A DNA stretch of 59,360 nt, filler included, from 5 parts of 5 records of this genome joined end to end with filler, not necessarily neighbours in it; one strand, 5' to 3'. Shown: positions 9,131 to 18,529, counted from the whole stretch's first letter. Notes: generated from the letters alone by a model not told the origin. Numbers and translations are program-made.

Positions 9131-10611
9131 CGCTCTCCCACCGGACGATCGGCCTCATCCTCGGGATTGTTCTTCCGGCGCTGATGCTCATCGTGGGACC
9201 GCCTGCCGGCTTGTCCTGGCCAGCCTGGCTGACAGGCTGTCTGTTGGTCCTGATGGCAACCTGGTGGGCCACCGAAGCGATCCCGATCCCGGCGACCTCT
9301 CTGCTCCCGCTGATCGTTCTGCCCTTTGGCGCAGCGATCATCGGTCATGGCGAACATGCTGACGCGATCGGCGTAGCGGCGCTGTCGCCCCGGGCGATCA
9401 GCAGCAGCTATATGGATCCGATCGTTCTCCTCCTGCTGGGCGGCTTCGTGATCGCGCTGGGGGTTGAGCGCTGGCACCTGCACAAGCGAATCGCCCTCAA
9501 CATCGTCGACCGCGTTGGCACATCGCCCAAGGCGCTGATCTTCGGCTTCATGCTGGCGACCGCCGTTCTGTCCATGTGGATCTCCAACACAGCGACCTCG
9601 CTGATGATGGTGCCCATCGCAATATCGGCGGCGGCGGCCCTGCAGGACAAGGAAGGCAAGTTCACCACGGCCATCCTGCTCGGTGTGTGCTATTCGGCAT
9701 CCATCGGTGGTGTGGCCACCCCCATCGGAACACCGACCAATCTGATCGCCCTGAAATGGCTTCAGGAAGAGACCGGCGAAGGCATCGGCTTTGGCCAATG
9801 GATGACGTTCGGCATCCCCACCGCAGCGCTGCTGGTGCCGGCGGCCTGGTGGGCGGTCACGCGCGGGCTACCGAAATACAAGCACGGGGAATCGATGGCC
9901 GCCTCCGTGCACCACGACCTGCTCGAACTCGGCCCGATCAAGACGCCGGAACAGCGCATCGCCATCGTGTTTGGCATCATCGCATCGATGTGGGTGCTGC
10001 GCCTGCCCGTGACCAAGCTGCTCACCTCCATGGGCTATCCCCTGCTGGAAGCCTATGGCGGACAGACGGACATGATGATCGCCCTGTTCGGCGCCGTGCT
10101 CGTCTTCCTCGTGCCGGCCGGCGGCGAGGAACGCCGCGCGCTGATGACCTGGGAAGAAGCGGTCAAACTGCCCTGGGGCGTGATCATCCTTTTCGGCGGC
10201 GGCATTTCGCTCGGCAAGGCAATGCATGCGACCGGACTGTCGGATTGGATTGGTACGCAAATGGAGATGCTGAGCATCTTCCCGCCACTTGTGATTGTGG
10301 CGATCATGGTGCTTCTGGTGATCTTCCTCACCGAAGTGACGTCGAACGTCGCGACCATGACGACCCTGTCGCCGATCATCGGATCACTTGCCGTGGCCGT
10401 CGGTGCCGCGCCGCAATCCCTGTTCGCGCCCGCTGCCGTTGCGGCCAGCTGTGCCTTCATGCTGCCAGTCGCGACCGCGCCCAACGCGGTGATCTACGCA
10501 ACAGGCAGAGTGCCGATCAGTGAGATGATCCGGCAGGGTTTCCGCATCAATCTGATGGGCGTCGTGATCATCACGGTCGTTGGCTTCTGGATTGCGCCCG
10601 CTGTGCTCTAG
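9127..10611 (+). CDS. DASS/SLC13 family Na+-coupled anion (dicarboxylate/sulfate) transporter
   Basis: Many TM helices; MWISNTAT, TPIGTPTN, TEVTSNVAT, FMLPVATAPN motifs; ATGA overlap with the metC stop. Confidence 0.9.
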   Translation: MTLSHRTIGLILGIVLPALMLIVGPPAGLSWPAWLTGCLLVLMATWWATEAIPIPATSLLPLIVLPFGAAIIGHGEHADAIGVAALSPRAISSSYMDPIVLLLLGGFVIALGVERWHLHKRIALNIVDRVGTSPKALIFGFMLATAVLSMWISNTATSLMMVPIAISAAAALQDKEGKFTTAILLGVCYSASIGGVATPIGTPTNLIALKWLQEETGEGIGFGQWMTFGIPTAALLVPAAWWAVTRGLPKYKHGESMAASVHHDLLELGPIKTPEQRIAIVFGIIASMWVLRLPVTKLLTSMGYPLLEAYGGQTDMMIALFGAVLVFLVPAGGEERRALMTWEEAVKLPWGVIILFGGGISLGKAMHATGLSDWIGTQMEMLSIFPPLVIVAIMVLLVIFLTEVTSNVATMTTLSPIIGSLAVAVGAAPQSLFAPAAVAASCAFMLPVATAPNAVIYATGRVPISEMIRQGFRINLMGVVIITVVGFWIAPAVL

Positions 10612-11003
10612 TCGTGATGTCCATGCCGCGGCGGGGCTTCATCCAGTGACGGTTCCCGCAGCCAGCAGTCGCAGCCGCCATCATACTGATAGGCCTCGCC
10701 ATAACCGTTGACCCGCACAGGCGGCGTTACCGGTACATAGGCAACCGGTGCGACATCATAGGAATCGCCATACCGGTCTGCAAACCCGTCTCCGGTGTCG
10801 TCGCAGACCAGGTACCCGTCGATATTGTAGTCACAGCCATAGCTGGGCACGGATGTCAGCGTGACGGACATCTCCTCAGAAGCCTCGGCCATCGCGTCAG
10901 CGAACATCGCCATGTCTTCGCTGGTGCAGCCGCCAAGCAGCAGCATCACTCCGGTTCCGGCAAGGGCCGCCCCGGCCAGTTTCAGCCGCCTCGAATGCGT
11001 CAT
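10608..11003 (-). CDS. Small acidic lipoprotein, function unknown
   Basis: Lipobox LLGG-C after a basic/hydrophobic signal; GGAGGGG RBS upstream on the minus strand; Asp/Tyr/Cys-rich mature part. Confidence 0.7.
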   Translation of the reverse strand: MTHSRRLKLAGAALAGTGVMLLLGGCTSEDMAMFADAMAEASEEMSVTLTSVPSYGCDYNIDGYLVCDDTGDGFADRYGDSYDVAPVAYVPVTPPVRVNGYGEAYQYDGGCDCWLREPSLDEAPPRHGHHD

Positions 11004-11074
11004 GTCACCCCTCCAGCCAATTCACCAGCAATAACAAAGCAGTGTAATTGAATGAGGGATGAACAGCAAATCGA

Positions 11075-12097
11075 TCAGGCGGGCGGCGGGCTACATTCAA
11101 CGACGAGTTTACCGAGGTTCTTGCCTTCGAAGAGCCGTGACAGGCTGGACGGCGCGTTCTCGAAGCCTTTGACCACATCCGTCTCGAACTTCAGTTTCCC
11201 TTCCATCAGCCACTGGGCCATTTGCTGGATGCCTTCCGGGAAGCGCGGGAAATAGTCGATCACGATGAAGCCCTTCATGAGCGTCCGCCGCATCAGAAGG
11301 TTCGAAAAATTGTACGGCCCCGGCACAGGGCCGGTCGCATTATAAGTGCTGATCAGGCCGCAGAGTGGCATGCGGGAGAAGTCATTCAGCCGCGCGATCA
11401 CCTCATCCATGATCTGTCCACCAACATTCTCGAAATTGATGTCGACCCCGTCCGGGCAATGCTTGTCCAACGCAGCACCGACATCTTCGGTCTTGTAATT
11501 GATGGCGGCATCGAAGCCGGCCGTTTCCGTCAGCCATTTGCACTTGTCGTCGCTGCCCGCGATGCCGACGGCGCGGCAGCCCTGGATCTTCGCGATTTGC
11601 CCCACCATCGAGCCGACCGCGCCGGCCGCTGCGGAGACCACGACGGTCTCACCCGCTTTCGGCTTGCCGATATCCATCAGGCCGAAATAGGCCGTCATGC
11701 CGGTCGCGCCGAGCGGTCCCATGTACGCCGTCAGCGGCACGCCGGGCAGGATAGGCAACTTTGCGAGGCCTTCACCCTGCAGCGTCGGATACATCGTCCA
11801 GGTGCCAAGGCCAGTGTTGACCACATCGCCCTGCTGGAAGCCGTCATGCTTGCTTTCCACAACCACGGCGAGACCGCCGCCCCTCATGGCATCGCCAATC
11901 CCGACGGGTGGCAGGTAAGCGTCGACATCGCTCATCCAGATGCGATTGGTCGGGTCCAGCGAGAGGTAGACCGTCTTCGCCCGGACCTCGCCGTCCTTCA
12001 GGGGCTCAAGCGGCGTCTCGACGAGTTCAAGGTCCCCTTCCTTGATATCGCCTACCGGCCGCTGGCGCAGCACCCATGTCTCGTTCATCTCGCTCAT
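11075..12097 (-). CDS. NADP-dependent oxidoreductase (MDR superfamily, CurA/prostaglandin reductase-like)
   Basis: YLSLDP, GMTAYFGL, SAAAGAVGSMVGQIAK, FENVGG, GKNLGKLVV. Confidence 0.92.
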   Translation of the reverse strand: MSEMNETWVLRQRPVGDIKEGDLELVETPLEPLKDGEVRAKTVYLSLDPTNRIWMSDVDAYLPPVGIGDAMRGGGLAVVVESKHDGFQQGDVVNTGLGTWTMYPTLQGEGLAKLPILPGVPLTAYMGPLGATGMTAYFGLMDIGKPKAGETVVVSAAAGAVGSMVGQIAKIQGCRAVGIAGSDDKCKWLTETAGFDAAINYKTEDVGAALDKHCPDGVDINFENVGGQIMDEVIARLNDFSRMPLCGLISTYNATGPVPGPYNFSNLLMRRTLMKGFIVIDYFPRFPEGIQQMAQWLMEGKLKFETDVVKGFENAPSSLSRLFEGKNLGKLVVECSPPPA

Positions 12098-12137
12098 GTG
12101 CTTCTCCCTTTTGCCGGGAGGCTAGAGCCTTCTGCGA

Positions 12138-12566
12138 TCAGCGCAAGACTTCCCGGCGCGACAACCAGCGGGCGTACAGGGCGAGTATCAATGCGATCAC
12201 CAGAATGACGAGGCTCATGACCGCCATGCCTTCCACGGTGGGGGCATCCTTGTCGAGGTAACTCCGCCCCATGCTGACCAAGGCGCCCAGGAACGAAGCG
12301 GCGAACAGCGGATAGGCCAACTTAAGGCGCAGCAGCAGCGCGAGACTGCCCAGCAAACCTCCGAACACCCCTATCGCCCAGATGATCCAGGTCCAGGCTG
12401 GCATGTTCAGCCAGTAGTCCCTGAGTTCCTGCGGATATGGCTCGAGATAGGCGGCATTGTTGGCGGCCGTCATGGTGAAGTCGTAACAGCCGAAAGCATT
12501 CCACAGCAGGCTGAGGCCGCCTACCGCCCACAAATGCCAAGGTGTTTGCGTGCGTCCAGAACTCAT
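12138..12566 (-). CDS. Small 4-TM membrane protein, function unknown
   Basis: Four hydrophobic helices, PWHLW..LLWN.FG motif; GGAGGG RBS upstream. Confidence 0.75.
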   Translation of the reverse strand: MSSGRTQTPWHLWAVGGLSLLWNAFGCYDFTMTAANNAAYLEPYPQELRDYWLNMPAWTWIIWAIGVFGGLLGSLALLLRLKLAYPLFAASFLGALVSMGRSYLDKDAPTVEGMAVMSLVILVIALILALYARWLSRREVLR

Positions 12567-12704
12567 ATCTTATCCCTCCCAGAACAGTTTTTTAGCTTAC
12601 CCGACGGAATGCTTTCCACAAGGGGAATACCGCGAGCCCCCACCGGGCGGGTGACGCGCCCCGCTCTGGCGGCTAAACCATCGGGCAACAAAGGATTCTC
12701 GCCC

Positions 12705-15494
12705 ATGGCCACCGCCCCCCTCACCAAGGACAGCCACCTCTACCTGGTCGATGCCAGCGCCTATATTTTCCGGGCGTTCCACGCATTGCCGCCTCTGACA
12801 CGCTCGTCAGATGGCCTGCCCATTGGTGCGGTCAGCGGGTTCTGCAACATGCTGTTCAAGCTGCTGGAAGACCTGAAAGGTGACGAGCGGCCGACGCACT
12901 TCGCCTGCATTTTCGACGCCTCGGCGCACACATTCCGGAACGAGCTGTACGACCAGTACAAGGCAAACCGTGACGAGCCCCCGGAAGAGCTGCGCCCGCA
13001 ATTCCCGCTCGTGCGGCGTGCCGCTGAGGCTTTCGCGGCCCATGCCATCGAGATGGAGGGGTTCGAGGCCGACGACCTGATCGCGACCTATGCCCGCCAG
13101 GCGGAGGCGAAGGGCGCGCGCGTCACCATCGTCTCGTCCGACAAGGATCTGATGCAGCTAGTCACCGACAAGATCGTCATGCTCGACACGATGAAGAACA
13201 AGACGATGGGCCGGGACGAAGTGTTCGAGAAGTTCGGCGTCGGCCCGGAAAAAGTGGTCGACGTCCAGTCGCTGGCCGGCGACAGCGTGGACAATGTGCC
13301 GGGCGCGCCCGGGATTGGCGTCAAGACGGCGGCGACGCTGCTCAGCGAGTATGGCGATCTCGACACGCTGCTCGCCCGTGCCGAGGAGATCAAGCAACCG
13401 AAACGCCGCGAAACGCTGATCAATTTCGCTGACCAGATCCGGCTCTCGCGAGACCTCGTCACCCTGAAGGATGACGTGCCGCTGGAGGTGAAGCTGGAAG
13501 ATCTCGCCGTACAGGATCCGGAACCGGAAACGCTGCTCGGCTTCCTGGAGGAAATGGAATTCAAGACCATCACCCGCCGTGTGCGCGAGATGATGGAAAA
13601 GGAAGGCGCGCTGGAAGCTGCTCCGCCCGCAGAAGATCCGATCGACCGGACCAAATATGCCTGCGTCCGTGACTTCAATGAGCTCGAAGGCTGGGTCGCC
13701 CGCGCGATAAAGCAGGGCTATGTCGCCGTCGACACGGAAACTGACAGCCTCGACTCTGTCACGGCGAACCTCGTTGGCGTGTCGCTGGCGCTCGCCCCGA
13801 ACGAGGCCTGTTACATCCCGCTGGCGCATGTCGATCCCAACGACGCAGGCGATGGCGACATGTTCGGCGCGGATCCGCCGCGGCAGATCCGGATGAAGGA
13901 TGCCATCAAGGCGCTGAAGCCGATGCTGGAAAACGACGCCGTCCTGAAGATCGGCCAGAACATCAAGTATGACCTGAACATCTTCGCCCAGCACGGTATC
14001 CAGGTCGCGCCGATCGACGATACCATGCTGCTGTCCTATGTGCTGAACGCTGGCAAGCACAGCCACGGCATGGACATGTTGTCGGAGAAATATCTCGGCC
14101 ACACGCCGCTCTCCTACAAGGACGTGGCCGGCACCGGAAAATCCAAGGTCACCTTCGACCGTGTCGCGCTGGAAAAAGCCACCGAATACGCCGCCGAAGA
14201 CGCCGACGTCACGCTCCGCCTGTGGCAGACGTTCAAGCCCCTTCTGCACACGGAGAAAGTCACCACGGTCTACGAGACCGAGGAACGCCCGCTTGCGCCA
14301 GTGCTCGCCGACATGGAGCGCGAGGGCATCAAGGTCGACCGGGACAAACTCTCTCGCTTGTCCTCCGATTTCTCTCAGCGCATGGCCGCGCTGGAAGCCG
14401 AAGCCTACGAGCAGGCCGGCGAACAGTTCAATATCGGCAGCCCTAAACAGCTTGGCGAAATCCTGTTCGACAAAATGGGCATCGAAGGCGGCAAGAAGAC
14501 CAAGACCGGCGCCTGGGTGACCGACGCGGACGTGCTCGAAGGCCTCGCCGCGGAAGGCCATGACCTGCCCCGCACCATCGTCGATTGGCGGACCCTGTCA
14601 AAGCTGCGCTCGACCTATACTGAGGCCCTGCAAGCCGCCATAAACAAGGAGACAGGCCGGGTTCATACCAGCTTCTCCATGGCGGTGGCGCAAACCGGAC
14701 GCCTCTCCTCATCCGATCCGAACCTTCAGAACATCCCGGTGCGGACAGAAGAAGGCCGCAAGATCCGCGAAGCCTTCATTGCCGATGAAGGCAATGTGCT
14801 CGTCAGCGCGGACTACAGCCAGATCGAGCTGCGCGTACTCGCCCACATGGCCGACATCGATGCGCTGAAAACCGCCTTCAAGGACGGTCTCGACATTCAC
14901 GCCATGACGGCCAGCGAAATGTTCGGCGTGCCCATCGAAGGCATGGATCCGATGGTGCGCCGCCAGGCCAAAGCAATCAATTTCGGCATCATCTACGGTA
15001 TTTCCGGCTTCGGTCTCGCCCGCCAGCTGGGCATCCCGCAATCGGAAGCCTCGGAATACATAAAGACCTATTTCAAACGCTTCCCCGGCATCCGCGCCTA
15101 TATGGACGAGACCAAAGCCTTCGCGAAAGAGCACGGCTACGTGCAGACGGCCTTCGGCCGGAAAGTGCACCTCGCCGGGATCAAGTCAAAGGGGCCGCAG
15201 AAGGCTTTTGCCGAGCGTCAGGCCATCAACGCGCCGATCCAGGGGTCTGCCGCCGACATCATCAAGCGCGCCATGATCCGGATGCCGGACGCGCTGGCCA
15301 AAGCGAAGCTGAAGGCCCGGATGCTGCTGCAGGTGCACGACGAACTCGTCTTCGAATGCCCTGAGAAGGAAGCCGAAAAACTGATCAAGGTCGCCAAGGA
15401 GACCATGCAGTCGGCCGCCAGCCCCGCGATGGACCTGTCAGTTCCGCTGGAAGTGGACGCCCGCGCTGCCGCAAATTGGGCCGATGCCCACTAG
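12705..15494 (+). CDS. polA: DNA polymerase I
   Basis: 5'-3' exonuclease (LVDASAYIFRAFHA, EADD, GDSVDNVPG), 3'-5' exonuclease (DTET, NIKYD, YAAED), polymerase motifs (DYSQIELR, KAINFGIIYG, QVHDELVFE); start ATG 12705. Confidence 0.98.
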   Translation: MATAPLTKDSHLYLVDASAYIFRAFHALPPLTRSSDGLPIGAVSGFCNMLFKLLEDLKGDERPTHFACIFDASAHTFRNELYDQYKANRDEPPEELRPQFPLVRRAAEAFAAHAIEMEGFEADDLIATYARQAEAKGARVTIVSSDKDLMQLVTDKIVMLDTMKNKTMGRDEVFEKFGVGPEKVVDVQSLAGDSVDNVPGAPGIGVKTAATLLSEYGDLDTLLARAEEIKQPKRRETLINFADQIRLSRDLVTLKDDVPLEVKLEDLAVQDPEPETLLGFLEEMEFKTITRRVREMMEKEGALEAAPPAEDPIDRTKYACVRDFNELEGWVARAIKQGYVAVDTETDSLDSVTANLVGVSLALAPNEACYIPLAHVDPNDAGDGDMFGADPPRQIRMKDAIKALKPMLENDAVLKIGQNIKYDLNIFAQHGIQVAPIDDTMLLSYVLNAGKHSHGMDMLSEKYLGHTPLSYKDVAGTGKSKVTFDRVALEKATEYAAEDADVTLRLWQTFKPLLHTEKVTTVYETEERPLAPVLADMEREGIKVDRDKLSRLSSDFSQRMAALEAEAYEQAGEQFNIGSPKQLGEILFDKMGIEGGKKTKTGAWVTDADVLEGLAAEGHDLPRTIVDWRTLSKLRSTYTEALQAAINKETGRVHTSFSMAVAQTGRLSSSDPNLQNIPVRTEEGRKIREAFIADEGNVLVSADYSQIELRVLAHMADIDALKTAFKDGLDIHAMTASEMFGVPIEGMDPMVRRQAKAINFGIIYGISGFGLARQLGIPQSEASEYIKTYFKRFPGIRAYMDETKAFAKEHGYVQTAFGRKVHLAGIKSKGPQKAFAERQAINAPIQGSAADIIKRAMIRMPDALAKAKLKARMLLQVHDELVFECPEKEAEKLIKVAKETMQSAASPAMDLSVPLEVDARAAANWADAH

Positions 15495-15633
15495 GCTGTC
15501 CGCTTCTGAAGCGAGGGTGCCGCGCTGAAAGGCATACAAATTTGCAATGTTGCCAGAAGCAGTTGTCACATTTGCGTGAGCGATTCGGCCTGCTAGCTAT
15601 GCTGCATTGCGAAACGCAGACCGAGGCAGGCTT

Positions 15634-16680
15634 ATGCCCTTTTCTACCGCCGTCGCCAGCTGTCCCTTTAAAATCGGCCACACGCCCCTGACCGCCTACC
15701 AGGTCAGGATCGGCAATCTGACCCACGAATTGCTGGTGAAAGAGGAACGCTGCAACGAGTTCGGCTCGGTCAAGGACCGCGTGGCCTGGTATATCCTGTC
15801 GAGAACGATCGAGAAGATCGGCCCGGTCAAATCCGTGGTGGATGCTTCTTCCGGCAATTATGGCAATGCGCTGGCCTGTATCTGCCAGCGACTGGGCATC
15901 GGCGCGACCATCGTATCGTCCGCCTCGATCAGCGCGCATAATGCCACCCAGATCAAAGGCGCCGGCGCCAGGCTGGTAATTGCCGAGCCGAAGCCCGGCG
16001 AAACCTCCAACGCGGCCCGCATGCGCGTTGCCGGTGAGATTGCCGAGCAGGAAGGTTCGGTTTTCCTCGACCAGTATTCCAATCCGCTGAACCCGGCGGC
16101 CCACCAGAACTGGACAGCGCCGGAACTGTTTGCCGACGGGCCATTCGACGCGGTGTTCATGACCTCGTCTTCCGGCGGCACGTCGCGCGGTTTTGCCGAC
16201 TATCTGAAGGTCCATCCGGGCACGACACAGCTTTGCCTGGTCGAGCCGGAAAGCTCCTGCGCCTTTCTTGATGCTCCATCGGGCTGCACCGACAAGCTGA
16301 AGATCCCCGCTTTCGGCAGCCAGCGGCGCTCCTCCTTTGCGGGCATGAAGCCCGATCCGGGCATGATCCGCATGGATGAAGCCGCAACCGTTGCGGCCTT
16401 CAACCTGCTGCACGAACACGAGCTCTCCAAGGTTGGCCTATCCAGCGTCGGCGTGATCCTCGGCGCGCTGGACTGGCTCGCCAGGCAGGACAAACCGGCC
16501 CGCGTGGCCTGTATCTGCGCCGACGGGGACGAGCGGTATCTGGACGAGATCCAGTCCCGTTACATTCCCACCGTGGGTGCGGACGCCTATGAGGCCGCTC
16601 ATGCGCGGCTCGCGCCCGTGATCGCCGGAATACGCTGCCTCGGCCCGGTACAGCCTGCGGCCAGGGCCGCCGCGCAGTAG
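15634..16680 (+). CDS. Divergent PLP-dependent cysteine synthase/SbnA-like enzyme (fold type II)
   Basis: IGHTPL, NEFGSVKDR (PLP lysine), DASSGNYG, DQYSNPLN, SSSGGT, ADGDERYL; GAGG upstream of ATG 15634. Confidence 0.8.
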   Translation: MPFSTAVASCPFKIGHTPLTAYQVRIGNLTHELLVKEERCNEFGSVKDRVAWYILSRTIEKIGPVKSVVDASSGNYGNALACICQRLGIGATIVSSASISAHNATQIKGAGARLVIAEPKPGETSNAARMRVAGEIAEQEGSVFLDQYSNPLNPAAHQNWTAPELFADGPFDAVFMTSSSGGTSRGFADYLKVHPGTTQLCLVEPESSCAFLDAPSGCTDKLKIPAFGSQRRSSFAGMKPDPGMIRMDEAATVAAFNLLHEHELSKVGLSSVGVILGALDWLARQDKPARVACICADGDERYLDEIQSRYIPTVGADAYEAAHARLAPVIAGIRCLGPVQPAARAAAQ

Positions 16681-16793
16681 CCCTGCCAGCAGGCCTGGCA
16701 TCAGATGGGGGCTGGCCGTTCCCCCTTCGTCATGATTGATAATCGCCCGCCCGGCAGGTAATCCCCTGGCGAACACCGTAAAAGAGGCACAAA

Positions 16794-17121
16794 GTGGCAA
16801 TTCTCTACCGTTCCCGCACTTCGACCCATGGCCGTAACATGGCCGGCGCGCGCGGCCTTTGGCGCGCGACAGGCATGAAGGACAGCGATTTCGGAAAGCC
16901 GATTATCGCGGTGGTGAACTCCTTTACCCAGTTCGTGCCCGGCCACGTGCACCTGAAAGACCTCGGCCAGATGGTCGCCAGCGAGATCGTCGCGGCGGGC
17001 GGCGTGGCCAAGGAATTCAACACGATCGCGGTCGATGACGGCATCGCGATGGGCCATGACGGCATGCTGTATTCCCTGCCGAGCCGCGAAGTCATCGCCG
17101 ACAGCGTGGAATACATGGTCA
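16794..17121 (+). CDS. ilvD: Dihydroxy-acid dehydratase, N-terminal part (contig ends)
   Basis: [52 protein letters not shown]. Confidence 0.96.
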
Positions 17122-17221
17122 NNNNNNNNNNNNNNNNNNNNNNNNNNNNNNNNNNNNNNNNNNNNTTAATTAATTAANNNNNNNNNNNNNNNNNNNNNNN
17201 NNNNNNNNNNNNNNNNNNNNN
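17122..17221. other. Artificial contig spacer
   Basis: 100 nt: N runs flanking TTAATTAATTAA (stops in all six frames); composition switches from GC-rich to AT-rich across it. Confidence 0.99.
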
Positions 17222-17222
17222 T

Positions 17223-17801
17223 GATTGGACAATGAAAATTACTGATAGCGGCAGTGGTGATACTGGTGGAGTAAGAGGATTCAGTGTTAATGTCTCTTAC
17301 TCTACACCAGCAAGTCCTGATGGAGTTGTTGTAAATTACGATTTACCAACGGCTACGGATGATGTAGATGGACCAGTGGCTGTAGATTACGTAAGCGGAC
17401 CAATGTCTGGTGATTATTTAGAGCCAGGTGTTTACACTGTTGAGTATTCTGCTACTGATTCAGCTGGTAATACAGGTAATTGCTCATTCACTATTACTGT
17501 GAACGATGTGTTAATCTCAAGAGCAGCAGTTGCTGATGAGAAGATGGATTTCAGAGCTTATCCTGTACCATTTGAAAATGAGGTGACTATTCAGTATATG
17601 TTTGAGTATGACACTAATGTAACTATTGAAATGTTTGACACTAAAGGCTTATTAGTAGCTACTAAGACAAACAAAAATTACATGAGTGGTTCTACAGAAA
17701 GAGTTAAGTTTGACCTTTCTAGAACAGCAGTTCAAATGTTATACGTGAAGTTAACAACAAACCAAGGTTCGGTTACTAAGAAAATTGTTTCTGGTAAATA
17801 A
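17223..17801 (+). CDS. C-terminal fragment of a type IX secretion (T9SS) cargo protein: end of P-domain-like fold, HYR domain, type A CTD
   Basis: Frame is open from the contig start (DWTMKITDSGSGDTG...); HYR-like PTATDDVDG...GVYTVEYSATDSAGNTGNCSFTITV; CTD YPVPF...YVKLTTNQGSVTKKIV. Confidence 0.85.
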   Translation, partial: DWTMKITDSGSGDTGGVRGFSVNVSYSTPASPDGVVVNYDLPTATDDVDGPVAVDYVSGPMSGDYLEPGVYTVEYSATDSAGNTGNCSFTITVNDVLISRAAVADEKMDFRAYPVPFENEVTIQYMFEYDTNVTIEMFDTKGLLVATKTNKNYMSGSTERVKFDLSRTAVQMLYVKLTTNQGSVTKKIVSGK

Positions 17802-17832
17802 ACCGAAGGTTTAAGTATAACCTTTTAATTTT

Positions 17833-17872
17833 GAAAAGGCAGCTATTATTTAATAGCTGCTTTTTCTTTTTT
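17833..17872 (+). terminator. Rho-independent terminator
   Basis: GCAGCTATTA-TT-TAATAGCTGC inverted repeat followed by a T-run. Confidence 0.85.
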
Positions 17873-18081
17873 ATATGGATTAACGTATCTCTAATTTAAA
17901 ACCCGTAACCGTTAATGAGTAGAGAAGTACAAGTGATCTTTAAGTTTAAGATCAGCTAAACTAATGCGCTATAATGCATTAAAACGACTAAGTATAATTG
18001 AATATGACTTATGAGATACTATAAGCCTTTTGTCTTAATAGAGTTAAGCCATATAGAGTTGTTTAAGAAAAACGTAAGTAA

Positions 18082-18447
18082 TTATTTTATAAGATTGTCA
18101 GCCCAAGTAAAGGCTTCTTCTAATTCGCCAAAGATCTCAAATGGCTTATTAAAAAACATCTTTTCTATTTGCGCATTAACCTTGGCTTTATAATCTTCAG
18201 ATACCACAGCAAAACCTTTAAGGTTTTTTATTTGAGAGGTTTTAAAATATATCTGCGGATCTACAGAATATGAATTTATTCTGTGTGTGATGTATACAAA
18301 TGGTTTGTCTTTATAATAGGTCTCAGTAACCTGTACCAAAATTTCGTTATGGTCTGGAGTTATATTGACACCTTCTTTCATCACAACTACAACGTAGTTA
18401 TCATATATAGACATGTCACAAAAATCGAAAGTTAGGGTTTCTTTCAT
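18082..18447 (-). CDS. Small hypothetical protein, STAS/SEC14 (SpoIIAA-like) type
   Basis: 121 aa alpha/beta pattern, RINSYSVDP motif, C-terminal FEIFGELEEAFTW. Confidence 0.65.
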   Translation of the reverse strand: MKETLTFDFCDMSIYDNYVVVVMKEGVNITPDHNEILVQVTETYYKDKPFVYITHRINSYSVDPQIYFKTSQIKNLKGFAVVSEDYKAKVNAQIEKMFFNKPFEIFGELEEAFTWADNLIK

Positions 18448-18477
18448 GACGTTAAAATTCTTAGGTTTCGTTAAGAT

Positions 18478-18509
18478 AAAAAAAACTCTTCTATTTCTAG
18501 AAGAGTTTT
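18478..18509 (-). terminator. Rho-independent terminator downstream of clpC
   Basis: AAAACTCTTCTA-TTTC-TAGAAGAGTTTT with an A-run that gives the minus-strand U-tract. Confidence 0.8.
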
Positions 18510-18529
18510 ATTATTAATATGGAATCTTG

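Noticed and set aside
13158..14561. Long antisense ORFs (e.g. 467 aa opposite polA; also opposite MCP, RND, cox and glc genes)
   Set aside because: Expected shadow ORFs from codon bias in GC-rich genes; no motifs or RBS.
15562..15580. GTCACA...CGTGA resembling a SAM-SAH riboswitch stem or CRP-type site
   Set aside because: Lacks the conserved riboswitch loop; half-site order and spacing do not fit TGTGA-N6-TCACA.
17166..17177. TTAATTAATTAA repeated four times in the window, and ORFs ending in X...LIN
   Set aside because: Synthetic six-frame stop linker inside N runs, not a biological repeat or CRISPR.
17873..18081. AT-rich intergenic region with short inverted repeats and the start of a 60-aa ORF (18011-18193)
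   Set aside because: Short stems are expected by chance in AT-rich DNA; the ORF runs antisense into a real gene; no repeat-spacer periodicity.
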